A stretch of DNA of 64,000 nt, from the IMG/VR virus record IMGVR_UViG_3300023283_000263, positions 1 through 64,000 of that record; one strand, 5' to 3'. Below the pieces are notes generated by a model, which worked only from the letters and a program-made list of their open reading frames with translations, made no database searches and had not been told where the DNA came from. Shown piece after piece: positions 9,704 through 18,798 of the stretch. The translations under genes and the position numbers were made by a program. The stretch is from a virus. Lineage: Duplodnaviria > Caudoviricetes. Positions within the stretch are counted from its first letter, which is position 1. Each line of letters begins with the position of its first letter.

Positions 9704-9764
9704 CCGAAACGCCCTTCGGGGTGTCTCCCGGGGCTGCCCTCCCCGGGACTGACGAGGCAGGGTA
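9703..9764 (+). ncRNA. Hammerhead ribozyme, type II, with loop I/3-prime pseudoknot
   Basis: GCC-GAAA, stem III with UUCG loop, GUC cleavage triplet (9723-9725), 7-bp stem I, CUGACGA core (9748-9754), GGC stem II, CUGCCCU/AGGGUAG pseudoknot. Confidence 0.88.
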
Positions 9765-9793
9765 GCCGTTTAGCTAGCAAGAAAGGAGACACC

Positions 9794-10093
9794 ATGGATC
9801 GGTATATCGTAATGAATAGCCGAACACGTATGCCCCCGTCGTGTTGGGGTTGCTATCGCAGGGTGGCGGTGGTAGAGCTGGACGACGACGCGCTGCGCGC
9901 TGGCGAAACGCCTCGGATGATCTCGACCCGCGCGCGCGGGGTGCGCCGTATCATCCAGACGTGGGAGAAGCTCCACGTGGGATCGACCGAGCGGTCCGCA
10001 TTCCGGCGAGCGCTCCGCGAGGCCCGCGCGATGGCCCAGGCACTGAACGATCGAGACGAGCGGATCTCGGCATCGCAAGCGATCGCGGGGTAG
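9794..10093 (+). CDS. Small hypothetical protein (lower GC 5-prime end)
   Basis: AAAGGAG RBS, ATG 9794. Confidence 0.65.
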   Translation: MDRYIVMNSRTRMPPSCWGCYRRVAVVELDDDALRAGETPRMISTRARGVRRIIQTWEKLHVGSTERSAFRRALREARAMAQALNDRDERISASQAIAG

Positions 10094-10122
10094 CCGAAAT
10101 GTGCCTTCGGGGCGTCTCCCGG
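10091..10122 (+). repeat. Degenerate copy of the hammerhead 5-prime half (TAGCCGAAA-hairpin-GTCTCCCGG), no CUGANGA core
   Basis: Sequence similarity to 9701-9731. Confidence 0.6.
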
Positions 10123-10172
10123 AAGGGCACCGCCGCGACGACCTGGAGGTCCCCGCGAAGGAGGACGGAAGC

Positions 10173-10475
10173 ATGGAAGGACGCACCGAAGAGATGACCG
10201 GCTGCTTCCCGGCCGGGCGCGTCACACGCATCCACGTCAACCAGCATGTCGTTCGCCGGTGGTCGAAGGGCGAGCGGGGGCCGGCGATTTCGCTCCAGAG
10301 GAGCGACGGGGTGCGCAGCGCCAGCGCGGTCGAGATCCTGGTGGACGGCAAGGTGGCGGCCAGAGTGGTATCGCGGCCGGACAAGCCGCTTTCCTGCGGG
10401 GCGCGAATCTGGATCGAAACCACCGAGGAGGTGCGGTTCGATCCAGATTCGCGCCAGAAAGACCTCAAGTTCTGA
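10173..10475 (+). CDS. Conserved phage hypothetical protein
   Basis: IHVNQH...PDKPLSCGARIWIET motif recalled from many phage proteins; GGAGGACG RBS. Confidence 0.65.
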   Translation: MEGRTEEMTGCFPAGRVTRIHVNQHVVRRWSKGERGPAISLQRSDGVRSASAVEILVDGKVAARVVSRPDKPLSCGARIWIETTEEVRFDPDSRQKDLKF

Positions 10476-10561
10476 GGGCGGGTTTCCGAAGACGTCACCA
10501 TCGGTGCCGGAGGAGGCACCCACGAAGCGCGACCCCGGGGTCGCGGGAGGAGGACGAGACG

Positions 10562-11056
10562 ATGGCGAAGCGACGACTGGCGACGCGGCGGCGGGAGGCG
10601 CCCGAGGCGGCGGCCCAGGCCAAGACGACGGCGTTCGACCCGGAGGCCCGGGTCGACGAGATCGGGGCCCTCCAGGACGAGGCGGCGGCCCTGGAGGAGA
10701 AGCTCGCGAAGACCCAGACCGCCCAGCGGTTGGTGCAGCTCCGGGCCGAGATGGTCGAGAAGATGACCCATATCCGCGAGGAGCTGAGCTACGGCCTGGA
10801 GCCGGACGAGAAGACCGAGCTGCGCGGCGAGTCCTACCGGGCGCGGCTCGGCGTGTGCCGCAAGGAGACGACGGTGCCCGACGTGCGGGCCGTGGCCGAG
10901 CTTCTCGGCGACGAGTTCTGGGAGATTGCCCAGGTCCGGATCGGCGACCTCAACCGCTACCTGACGGAGAAGCAGCTCAAGCAGGTGGTCACGGAGCGGC
11001 GCAAGGGCGACGAGTCGCGGTCGCTCAAAGTCGAGCGCATCCCGACGGAGACGTGA
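10562..11056 (+). CDS. Hypothetical coiled-coil protein
   Basis: GGAGGAGG RBS, ATG 10562. Confidence 0.6.
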   Translation: MAKRRLATRRREAPEAAAQAKTTAFDPEARVDEIGALQDEAAALEEKLAKTQTAQRLVQLRAEMVEKMTHIREELSYGLEPDEKTELRGESYRARLGVCRKETTVPDVRAVAELLGDEFWEIAQVRIGDLNRYLTEKQLKQVVTERRKGDESRSLKVERIPTET

Positions 11057-12012
11057 GAGCGGCCGAGATCAAGCGCTGGCTGCGGCTGGTCGGGTCGCGC
11101 GCGGCGGAGGCCGGGAGCGAGTGGGTGCAGGCTCCGTGCCCGCTCGCTCCCTGGCGCCACGGCGCGGGGGTAGACCGGAACCCGTCGTTCGGGGTGCGCG
11201 TCGAGCCGGGGGACTCGCGGACCCACTGTTTCTCGTGCGGGTGGTCCGGGTCTCAGATGGACCTCGTGTTCGACTTGCGCGGTCGCGGAGCGAAGGGCGT
11301 CGACCTGCGCCGCGCGATGGAGATGGTCGAGGACGCGGCTTCCGGGGTCGAAGAAGGCGGCGCCGAGCTGCGCGGGTTCCCGTCGGAGGAGCCGGAGCCG
11401 GTCGAGCCGTTCCCGGAGTACATGGTCGACGCTTTCGAGCCGGCGTACCACCGCGACCCCGGGGTCGCGCGGAGCGGCGCGGTCCACCCGTACCTCCGCG
11501 CGCGCGGCGTGTCGTTCCACTCGGCGCGGCGGTTCGACGCGCGGTGGGACCCGTACCGGCGGCGAATCGTGTTTCCGGTGCGCGACTTCGAGGGCCGGCT
11601 CTGCGGCCTGCACGGGCGGGCGGTCGACCCCGACGCGAAGCCTCCGTACCTGGTATACAGGCACGAGGGCCGAGCGAACCCGGACGTCTGGCTGGGCGAG
11701 CACTGGCTCGACCCGGAGAGGACGCTCGTCGTCGCGGAGTCGGTCTTCGACCTCGTCGGCTGCGCGCAGGTGTGGCCGAACGCGGCGAGCCCGCTCTCGG
11801 CGACCGTCAGGGCCGCCAAGGCGCGGAGACTGGACGGCTTTCGCCGGATCGTCACCGTGTTCGACGGCGACGAGGCCGGTAGGCGCGGGCGAGCCCGGCT
11901 GGCGCAGATGCTGCCGGACGCCAGCGTCCGGCACGTCGACCTCCCGGACGGGGCGGACGCCGGCGACGTGGGCGTCGCGGAGCTGAGGGAGATTCTGGAG
12001 CCGTTCTTGTGA
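11053..12012 (+). CDS. DNA primase (Zn finger + TOPRIM)
   Basis: CPLAPWRH...HCFSC zinc finger; VVAESVFD, FDGDEAG, DAGD TOPRIM motifs. Confidence 0.85.
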   Translation: MRAAEIKRWLRLVGSRAAEAGSEWVQAPCPLAPWRHGAGVDRNPSFGVRVEPGDSRTHCFSCGWSGSQMDLVFDLRGRGAKGVDLRRAMEMVEDAASGVEEGGAELRGFPSEEPEPVEPFPEYMVDAFEPAYHRDPGVARSGAVHPYLRARGVSFHSARRFDARWDPYRRRIVFPVRDFEGRLCGLHGRAVDPDAKPPYLVYRHEGRANPDVWLGEHWLDPERTLVVAESVFDLVGCAQVWPNAASPLSATVRAAKARRLDGFRRIVTVFDGDEAGRRGRARLAQMLPDASVRHVDLPDGADAGDVGVAELREILEPFL

Positions 12013-12132
12013 GGGCGGCCCGGTTTCCGCGTCACCTTCTTCGCGGCTGGGGTACTCACGCTGAGGAGAGGCGCTACTCTGCGTCGCGACCGTAGGGGTC
12101 CGAAAGCTCCAAAAGAGGAGAAGGAGAACGAC

Positions 12133-13065
12133 ATGGCGTCGAGGCGACTGCGAGGACCGCGTCGGACGAGCTCGGCGAACGGGACCGGCGATTCGGGCCA
12201 GGACGGGGCGAGCCTCCCGAGCTGGATGAGGCGCGGCAAGAGCGCTGAGAAGCTGTACGAGAAGGAGGAGCAGCGCATCCAGGCGGATCGCGCGCAGTTC
12301 TTCCGGTTCCGGATGGACGACGGCGACACCACGAGGATCACGTTCCTCACGGGCGAGCTGGACGAGGACGGGATCCTCGACTGCCCGGTGTTCCCGGAGC
12401 ACAGGCTCTTCAACGGCCGCCGGCCGCGCTTCGTGGTCTGCCTCGACCACGGCGACGAGCCGCAGCGGTGCCCGCTTTGCGAGGCCGGGAACCGGCCGTC
12501 GAACGTGGCACTGTTTCTGATCGTCGACCACACGAAGGGCAAGAGCCGCGCCGGGAAGACGTTCCAGCACCAGCTCCGGATCCTCGCGGCGAAGCCGCAG
12601 ACGAAGAAGAAGCTCCAGCTCAAGGCCAAGAAGCTCGGCGGGCTCGCGGGGTACACCTTCGAGGTCAGTCGGACCGGGGACCGCTCGCCCTCCGTCGGGG
12701 ACGACTTCGAGGTCGTCGGGGACCGCAAGAGCCTAGAGACCATCGCCAAGGCGGTCGCGAAGGCGAAGGCCGACGACGTCGAGGGCCGAAAGAAGGTCTA
12801 CAAGTCGATCACGGAGTCGGTGCCGCCGGATTGGCCGAAGCAGTCCGAGTTTCTGACCGAGAAGCAGATGATCGCGGCCGGTCTGGGCGAGGCGCCGTCG
12901 GGGCCAGGCTTCGAGGAAGACGGCGACGAGGACCCGTTCGGGGGCGGGGACGCGCCCGTCGAGGACCCGTTCGACGACGAGGGCGGCCTCGCCGACGAGC
13001 CTGGCGGCGAGGAGCCGGGGCCGGGCGACGAGGGCGACGGCCTGGACGATGATCTTCCCTTCTGA
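12133..13065 (+). CDS. ssb: Single-stranded DNA-binding protein (gp32-like)
   Basis: EH...C...CPLC metal site; acidic tail ending DDDLPF. Confidence 0.75.
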   Translation: MASRRLRGPRRTSSANGTGDSGQDGASLPSWMRRGKSAEKLYEKEEQRIQADRAQFFRFRMDDGDTTRITFLTGELDEDGILDCPVFPEHRLFNGRRPRFVVCLDHGDEPQRCPLCEAGNRPSNVALFLIVDHTKGKSRAGKTFQHQLRILAAKPQTKKKLQLKAKKLGGLAGYTFEVSRTGDRSPSVGDDFEVVGDRKSLETIAKAVAKAKADDVEGRKKVYKSITESVPPDWPKQSEFLTEKQMIAAGLGEAPSGPGFEEDGDEDPFGGGDAPVEDPFDDEGGLADEPGGEEPGPGDEGDGLDDDLPF

Positions 13066-13080
13066 GGGAGGCGGAGGCGG

Positions 13081-14406
13081 GTGCTCCCCAAGATCCGCAA
13101 GGCCCCGCTTCGGACCGCCGAGGCGGCGTTCTACGAGCCGGACGCCGCTCTAGCGCGCCGACTGCGCGTCCAGCTCCCCGGCGGCGAGGAGCTAGACCTC
13201 GGGCAGCGTCGCGGCAGTCTGCTTCTCGCTCCGAGGGCGATCTGCCCGCTCGGAAGCGACGCTCGGACGCGCGGCCGGCCGTTCACGGCGAAGAGCCTCG
13301 TCAAGCCTCGCAGCGACGACCAGGAGCGGGTACTTCGAGAAGCCGGAGAACTCGTCGACGCCGGGCGATCGTTCGTGCTCCGCGCCGGGACCGGGTTCGG
13401 GAAGACCGCGGTCGCGCTCGACCTGATCGCGCGGGCGGGGAGGCAGGCGCTCGTCGTCGTCCCGAAGGAAGACCTGCTGGAGCAGTGGATCGAGGAGGCG
13501 CGGAAGTTCCTCGGACTGCGGCGCTCGGACGTCGGGATCATTAGGCAGAACACGTTTCAGCCCGACAGGCCGGTCGTCGTAGCGATGATCCACTCGCTGA
13601 GTAGGGACGGTCGATATCCGCCAGCTTTTCGCAGCAACTTCGGGGTCGTAGTGTGGGACGAATGCCATCGAGTCCCCGCCCCGACGTTCGCCGGGACCGC
13701 GACGATGTTCCCCGCGCTGGTCAGGATCGGGATGACGGCGACGCCCGAGCGCTTCGACGGACGCGAAGTGTTGACCAAGGCGCACGTCGGTCCGGTCGAG
13801 GTCGAGTCGACGACGGTGAAGGTCCCGCCGCGCGTCGCTTTGTACGAGACGCCGTGGAAGCTGCCGCGCAGGAAGGACGGGCAGCCGTGGTACCACGAGG
13901 CCGGGAAGTGCGGGCACGTCCTGACCCACCTCTCGCAGCACGGCGGACGGAACCGCTTGATCGCGCGCGTTCTGGAGCGCGCGTACAGATCCGGGCGGAG
14001 GACCGTGGTGTTCTCGGACCGCGTCGACCACCTCGACCTGCTGCGGAGCATGGTTCGGCGGGCTGGCGCGCCCGAGGAGGACACCGCTCTCTACGTGCAC
14101 GGGATCTCGAAGGCGCAGCGGCGGGATTACCTCCGGCGTCCGTTGATCTTCGCTACCTACGCGATGATGGACACCGGCACGAACGCCCCGTGGCTCGACT
14201 GCTGCGTGCTCGCGACTCCTCGGTCGAACGTCGAGCAGGCCGTCGGCCGCGTTCAGCGGGAGTTGGAGGGCAAGCCCCAGCCCGTGGTCGTGGACTTCTT
14301 GGACGACGCGAGCCCCGTGTTCGCGGGCTACGCGAGAAAGAGGATCCGGACGTACAGGCGACTGCGCGCGACCGAGGTGAAGCGTTATCGTCTGAGCGCA
14401 GAGTGA
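13081..14406 (+). CDS. Superfamily 2 DNA helicase (UvsW/Rad25-like)
   Basis: GTGFGKT, DECHR, MTATPER, QAVGRVQR motifs. Confidence 0.88.
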   Translation: MLPKIRKAPLRTAEAAFYEPDAALARRLRVQLPGGEELDLGQRRGSLLLAPRAICPLGSDARTRGRPFTAKSLVKPRSDDQERVLREAGELVDAGRSFVLRAGTGFGKTAVALDLIARAGRQALVVVPKEDLLEQWIEEARKFLGLRRSDVGIIRQNTFQPDRPVVVAMIHSLSRDGRYPPAFRSNFGVVVWDECHRVPAPTFAGTATMFPALVRIGMTATPERFDGREVLTKAHVGPVEVESTTVKVPPRVALYETPWKLPRRKDGQPWYHEAGKCGHVLTHLSQHGGRNRLIARVLERAYRSGRRTVVFSDRVDHLDLLRSMVRRAGAPEEDTALYVHGISKAQRRDYLRRPLIFATYAMMDTGTNAPWLDCCVLATPRSNVEQAVGRVQRELEGKPQPVVVDFLDDASPVFAGYARKRIRTYRRLRATEVKRYRLSAE

Positions 14407-14419
14407 AGGAGGCCCTCCG

Positions 14420-14761
14420 ATGATAGATTCTGCTTCAAAGCGGCGACGCATTCGAGTCCAGCGCGGTCGCGGCGTCGCGCGGCTCAAGCGCACCGGAGGC
14501 CCCGGCGGCGCCGGCGGCGGGTCCGAGCGAGAGAAGGAGTACCTGCTCGACCCCGATTTCTTCGACGCGCCGACGGCGAACGTGAGCCTCTCGATCAAGA
14601 GGCGCGTCGGCCTCCCCGACTACTGCGCCGTGGAGTTCTCGGCGTCGCTCACGCTGCCGGCGGAGCCGACGCCGGAGAAGATCGACGAGGCCGCGGAGCG
14701 GATCACGGAGTGGCTGGACGACCGGCTCTCGAAGATGGCAAAGTTCGCGGGGGTGGACTGA
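14420..14761 (+). CDS. Hypothetical protein
   Basis: ORF with RBS within replication operon. Confidence 0.55.
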   Translation: MIDSASKRRRIRVQRGRGVARLKRTGGPGGAGGGSEREKEYLLDPDFFDAPTANVSLSIKRRVGLPDYCAVEFSASLTLPAEPTPEKIDEAAERITEWLDDRLSKMAKFAGVD

Positions 14762-15874
14762 GTGCCGCGGGGAGACGGGGCGCGCGAGTCGGCGGACGAC
14801 GTCCTCGCCGGCTTCCGCAAGCAGCACGGCGACGACCTGGCCGGGAGGGGCATGGTCCTCCACGACTGCCCTCGTTTGCCTACGGGCATCTTCGCGCTGG
14901 ACCTCGCGATCGGCGGCGGGATCCCTCTCACGCGGGCGACGCTCGTCCACGGGGCCGAGTCTTCCGGGAAGTCGAACCTCGTGCTCCAGATCCTTCGTTC
15001 GGCGCAGCTTCGGTACCCCGACAAGACGGCGGTCCTCGTCGAGCCCGAGGGCACGCTCGTCCGGTCGTGGGCCGAGGCGAACGGCGTCGATTGGGACCGG
15101 CTGATCGTCGTCCGCCCGGAGTACGGGGAGCAGGCGGTCGACGCGGTGTCCGGCTTCCTCGGCGCGGAGGACGTCTCGGTCGTCGCGCTCGACTCGGTGG
15201 CGGCGCTGATCGCGAGCCGGCAGATCGAGAAGTCGGCGGATCAGGAAGCGCCCGGGGTCGCCGCGAGGCTCACCTCCGAGCTGGTGAGGAAGGCGATCCA
15301 CGCCCTGGTCTCCGCCCGCAACGCCGGGCGAGCGCCGGGGCTCGTGCTCGTCAACCAGCACCGCTTCAAGATCGGCGTCATGTTCGGGAACCCGGAGACG
15401 ATCCCGGGCGGGGAGGCGCAGAAGTTCCTCGCCTCTCTTCGCCTCCGACTCTACGGGAAGAACGTGATCGACAAGAGGTACTCGGCGGTCATGCCGATCG
15501 CCAAGAAGACGACCGCCACGCTCAAGAAGTGGAAGCAGCCGGCCGCGTTCGAGAGCTGCGGCTACACGATGGCGACGTCCCCAGCCGGCGGCTTCCGCCC
15601 CGGCGAGGCGATGGACCAGTGGAAGGCCGCGCGGCGCTACCTGGCCGAGTACGACCTGATGAAGAAGACGAAGGACGGCTACGAGGTCGCCGGGGAGACG
15701 TTCCGCACGCAGGACCACGTCGACGCGAAGATGCGGAGCGACCCGGCGTTCTACGACGCCGTGCTCGGGCTCGTGCTCGGCGAGGTCCTGGGCGCCGAAA
15801 ATGGAGCAGGAGAGGCCGAGGAGGGATCGACGGCGGATCGAGACGATGCGAGAGACGGAGGGGGGACTCGGTGA
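14762..15874 (+). CDS. recA: RecA-like recombinase
   Basis: TGIFALDLAIGGG, GAESSGKS, VALDSVAAL, VNQ..KIGVMFGNPETIPGG motifs. Confidence 0.92.
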   Translation: MPRGDGARESADDVLAGFRKQHGDDLAGRGMVLHDCPRLPTGIFALDLAIGGGIPLTRATLVHGAESSGKSNLVLQILRSAQLRYPDKTAVLVEPEGTLVRSWAEANGVDWDRLIVVRPEYGEQAVDAVSGFLGAEDVSVVALDSVAALIASRQIEKSADQEAPGVAARLTSELVRKAIHALVSARNAGRAPGLVLVNQHRFKIGVMFGNPETIPGGEAQKFLASLRLRLYGKNVIDKRYSAVMPIAKKTTATLKKWKQPAAFESCGYTMATSPAGGFRPGEAMDQWKAARRYLAEYDLMKKTKDGYEVAGETFRTQDHVDAKMRSDPAFYDAVLGLVLGEVLGAENGAGEAEEGSTADRDDARDGGGTR

Positions 15875-16200
15875 GGCGCGACCGCATCGGCGAAGCCGGT
15901 CGACGGGCCGAGCGGCGCAGCAGCAGGCGCGCCGGCGGGCGCCCGCGCCCGGCGAGCGGGGCGATGCCCGGGGCTAAGGGCGACGACGAGCGCGGCGATT
16001 TCCTCGTCGAGCACAAGGCCACGGAGCGCGAGTCGATGTCCCTGCGATTCGAGGTGCTGGCGAAGATCGGCGGGGAGGCCGTCGCCGAGGGCAAGACGCC
16101 GGCTCTGCAGATCGTCTTCTGCACAGGCAGCGGGCGCCCCAGGAGAGGCGGGAGCTGGATCATGGTCCCGGAGCACGTCTTCGAGGAGATGCGGCGGTGA
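15871..16200 (+). CDS. PD-(D/E)XK nuclease/resolvase-like protein
   Basis: SGA..GAKGD...FLVEHKAT motif. Confidence 0.55.
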   Translation: MRRDRIGEAGRRAERRSSRRAGGRPRPASGAMPGAKGDDERGDFLVEHKATERESMSLRFEVLAKIGGEAVAEGKTPALQIVFCTGSGRPRRGGSWIMVPEHVFEEMRR

Positions 16201-16631
16201 CGCCTTGCGTCTACGTCATCGGTTCGATGCGGAATCATCGGATCCCGGAGGTGGCCGAGCGCCTCGCTGCGATAACCGGGTACGAGCTGTTCGCCGACTG
16301 GTACTCGCCGGGACCGGACGCCGACGACCGCTGGAAGGAATACGAGCTGGCGCGCGGGAGGTCGAGGATCGAGTCGCTGCGCGGGTACCACGCGCGCCAC
16401 GTCTTCGCGTTCGACAAGCACCACCTCGATCGGTCGAGCGCTTGCGTGCTCGTACTCCCGGCCGGGAAGTCCGGGCACCTGGAACTCGGCTACATGATCG
16501 GGCGAGGCAAGCCGGGGTACATACTGCTCGACGAGGAGGATTCTCGCTACGACGTGATGTACCAGTTCGCGACCGGCGTCTTCGAGGACATCGAAGAGCT
16601 GGCGGCTGAATTAAGGGAGAGATTTCGATGA
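16197..16631 (+). CDS. Nucleoside 2-deoxyribosyltransferase-like protein
   Basis: VYVIGS, DKHHLDRS, GKSGHLELGYMIGRGKP motifs. Confidence 0.7.
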   Translation: MTPCVYVIGSMRNHRIPEVAERLAAITGYELFADWYSPGPDADDRWKEYELARGRSRIESLRGYHARHVFAFDKHHLDRSSACVLVLPAGKSGHLELGYMIGRGKPGYILLDEEDSRYDVMYQFATGVFEDIEELAAELRERFR

Positions 16632-17299
16632 AGGACATCGTCCTCGACCACGGGAGCGTCGAGCTTCTTCGCTCGGTCGGGGACGACCTCGCGGTCGTCA
16701 ACGCTGCTCGCGTGTCCTTCGGGCGCGAGTCCTCGGCGATCGGGGACCCCGAACGCGGCTTGATCCGGTACTTGATGCGCGAGCGGCACGGGACGCCGTT
16801 CGAGGTGGTGGACCTGACGTTCCGGGTCTCGTGCCCCCTCGCCGTAGCGCGCGAGTGGATGCGCCACAGGATCAGCAGCTTCAACGAGGTCTCGGGCAGG
16901 TACGTGAAGCTGGAGCCGCTGTTTTACGTGCCCGCCGAGTTTCGTCGTCGGGTCGGGAAGCCGGGGAGGTACCAGTACGAGCCCGTCGACCCGTCGTCTT
17001 CCTCGGCGGCGCAGAAGATGCTCCGGGGCTTCTACGATTATGCTGATCGAGTTTATGAAGAGCTTTGGTCGCTGGGGGTCGCGCCGGAGCAGGCGCGACT
17101 CGTGAACCCTCTCGGTATATACACGGAGTTCATCTACAAGGCGAATCTCCGCTCGTTCCTCAACTTCACGGAGCTGCGGGCGGCGCCGAACGCGATGGAA
17201 GAGATCCGTTGCTACGCGGTCTCGATGGAGAGGATGGCTCGCGAGGTCGCGCCGGAGTGCCTCGCCGCGTTCGACGCTGCCGGGAGGCGGGCTCCGTGA
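16628..17299 (+). CDS. thyX: FAD-dependent thymidylate synthase
   Basis: AARVSF, HGTPFE, RHRISSFNEVSGRY signature. Confidence 0.95.
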   Translation: MKDIVLDHGSVELLRSVGDDLAVVNAARVSFGRESSAIGDPERGLIRYLMRERHGTPFEVVDLTFRVSCPLAVAREWMRHRISSFNEVSGRYVKLEPLFYVPAEFRRRVGKPGRYQYEPVDPSSSSAAQKMLRGFYDYADRVYEELWSLGVAPEQARLVNPLGIYTEFIYKANLRSFLNFTELRAAPNAMEEIRCYAVSMERMAREVAPECLAAFDAAGRRAP

Positions 17300-18216
17300 G
17301 CAGGCTCGCCGAGTCTCTCGCGAAGCGCCGCGACGGGCCCGAGGACCGGGTCGCGTTTCACCTTCATCGGTACCTGGCGGGCCGCGACCGGGCGCGGTCG
17401 CCGAAGGTGATCCATGCTTCGGACGCGACGAGAGAGGACTTCTGCCCGCGCCGGCAGGCGCTCCTCGTGCTGACGAAGACGCCGGAGCGTACGCAGTTCG
17501 TCCACACGGCCCAGCGACTCGTGTGGGCGCAAGGCAACGCGATCGCGTCTCAGGTCGTACGATGGGCCGTGAACGCCGGGATCTGCGTCGGGGCGTGGCA
17601 TTGCCCTGACTGCGGGTTCGAGGTCGAGTTCGGGCGGCGCCCCCCGCGCTGCTCGAAGTGCGGCGGGTCTCGATTCTCCTACCGCGAGGTGCGCTTCCAG
17701 TCCGAGGACTGCGGGGTATCGGGCGGTATGGATCTCCTCGTCGACCTACCGACGCGCAAGCGTTATCTGGTGGTCGAGCTGAAGACGATCGACAAGTTGG
17801 AGTTCCAGAGGCTCAAGATGCCGCTGGCGGAGCACCGGCAGAGGACGCAGCTCTACTTACGGTGCATCGCGGAGAGCGACAGCCCTCACAAGCACCTGGT
17901 CGATCAGGACCGCGCGCGCGTGCTCTACGTCTCCAAGGGCGGGTACGGCGAGCGGTCTTCGCTTCCGCGGGAGTGGGGTATCCGCGACGGCGGGTGGACG
18001 CCGTTCAAGGAGTACGAGGTGCGGCGCGACGACGAGGCCGTGGACGACATCGCCGACGCGGCTCGTCCGCTCCACCGCTGGCTCCGGGGCGATGGAGGGC
18101 TACCGTCCGGCGTGTGCCCGAGCGCGGTGTGCGACCGCGCGCAGCGGTGCGAGGTGGTGGGGCCCTGCTTCTCAGGAGACTACCCCGCGGGGGAGCACAG
18201 GAGGTTCGCTGGATGA
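17296..18216 (+). CDS. PD-(D/E)XK exonuclease (Cas4-like Cys pattern)
   Basis: CPR, GGMD...VELKT, QLY motifs, C-terminal Cys cluster; GTG 17296. Confidence 0.7.
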   Translation: MSRLAESLAKRRDGPEDRVAFHLHRYLAGRDRARSPKVIHASDATREDFCPRRQALLVLTKTPERTQFVHTAQRLVWAQGNAIASQVVRWAVNAGICVGAWHCPDCGFEVEFGRRPPRCSKCGGSRFSYREVRFQSEDCGVSGGMDLLVDLPTRKRYLVVELKTIDKLEFQRLKMPLAEHRQRTQLYLRCIAESDSPHKHLVDQDRARVLYVSKGGYGERSSLPREWGIRDGGWTPFKEYEVRRDDEAVDDIADAARPLHRWLRGDGGLPSGVCPSAVCDRAQRCEVVGPCFSGDYPAGEHRRFAG

Positions 18217-18770
18217 TCGTCGCGGGCGTGGACCCCTCCCTACGGGGAACCGGAGTCGTCGTCCTCCGCGCCGGGGAGGTGCTAGAAGCAGAAACGGTGC
18301 AGGCCGCGACCCCGGGGTCGCGCTGTCCGCGAGCCCGGCTCGCGCGGGGCGCCGATTTGGCGCGGCGGGTGATCGACGTAGCGGCGGCTGTTCGCCGGCC
18401 GTCCCCGGGCCTCGTGGCCGTCGAGGACTACGCCTTCGCCGGGTCCCGGCGCCTCGTGGACCTCGTGGAGCTAGGGACGTTGATTCGCGCGGATTTCGAC
18501 CGACTCGGCGTTACCTGGGCGGCCGTCGGGGCCACTCAACTCAAGAAGTTCGCGACCGGCCGAGGCCGGGGCGGGAAGGACGAGGTGAGGGTAGGCGCCT
18601 ACAAGCGCTGGGGATTCGAGCACCCGAGCAACGACGTCGTCGACGCCTACGTCCTAGCGCGCGTGGCCCAGGCCGTATATTCGTTGCTCCTGCGGCGCTC
18701 TTCCCACCTGCTCAAGCACGAACACGAGGTGGCGGAAGCCGTCGCCGTTGCGAACAAGCTATCGATCTGA
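18213..18770 (+). CDS. ruvC: RuvC-like Holliday junction resolvase
   Basis: GVDPSLRGTG, VEDY, KKFATG.G..K, NDVVDA motifs. Confidence 0.85.
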   Translation: MIVAGVDPSLRGTGVVVLRAGEVLEAETVQAATPGSRCPRARLARGADLARRVIDVAAAVRRPSPGLVAVEDYAFAGSRRLVDLVELGTLIRADFDRLGVTWAAVGATQLKKFATGRGRGGKDEVRVGAYKRWGFEHPSNDVVDAYVLARVAQAVYSLLLRRSSHLLKHEHEVAEAVAVANKLSI

Positions 18771-18798
18771 CATCTTACCCGGCAACAGGAGGTACCCC

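Noticed and set aside
12061-12110. CTGAGGA...CGAAA resembling a hammerhead core upstream of ssb
   Set aside because: Stem II does not pair and there is no NUH site with a valid stem I/III
15248-15261. GCGCCCGGGGTCGC in recA as an extra palindrome copy
   Set aside because: Left arm is missing two bases; could arise by chance in GC-rich coding DNA
17296-18216. Cas4/CRISPR system
   Set aside because: No CRISPR array or other cas genes; stand-alone phage exonuclease in a recombination module
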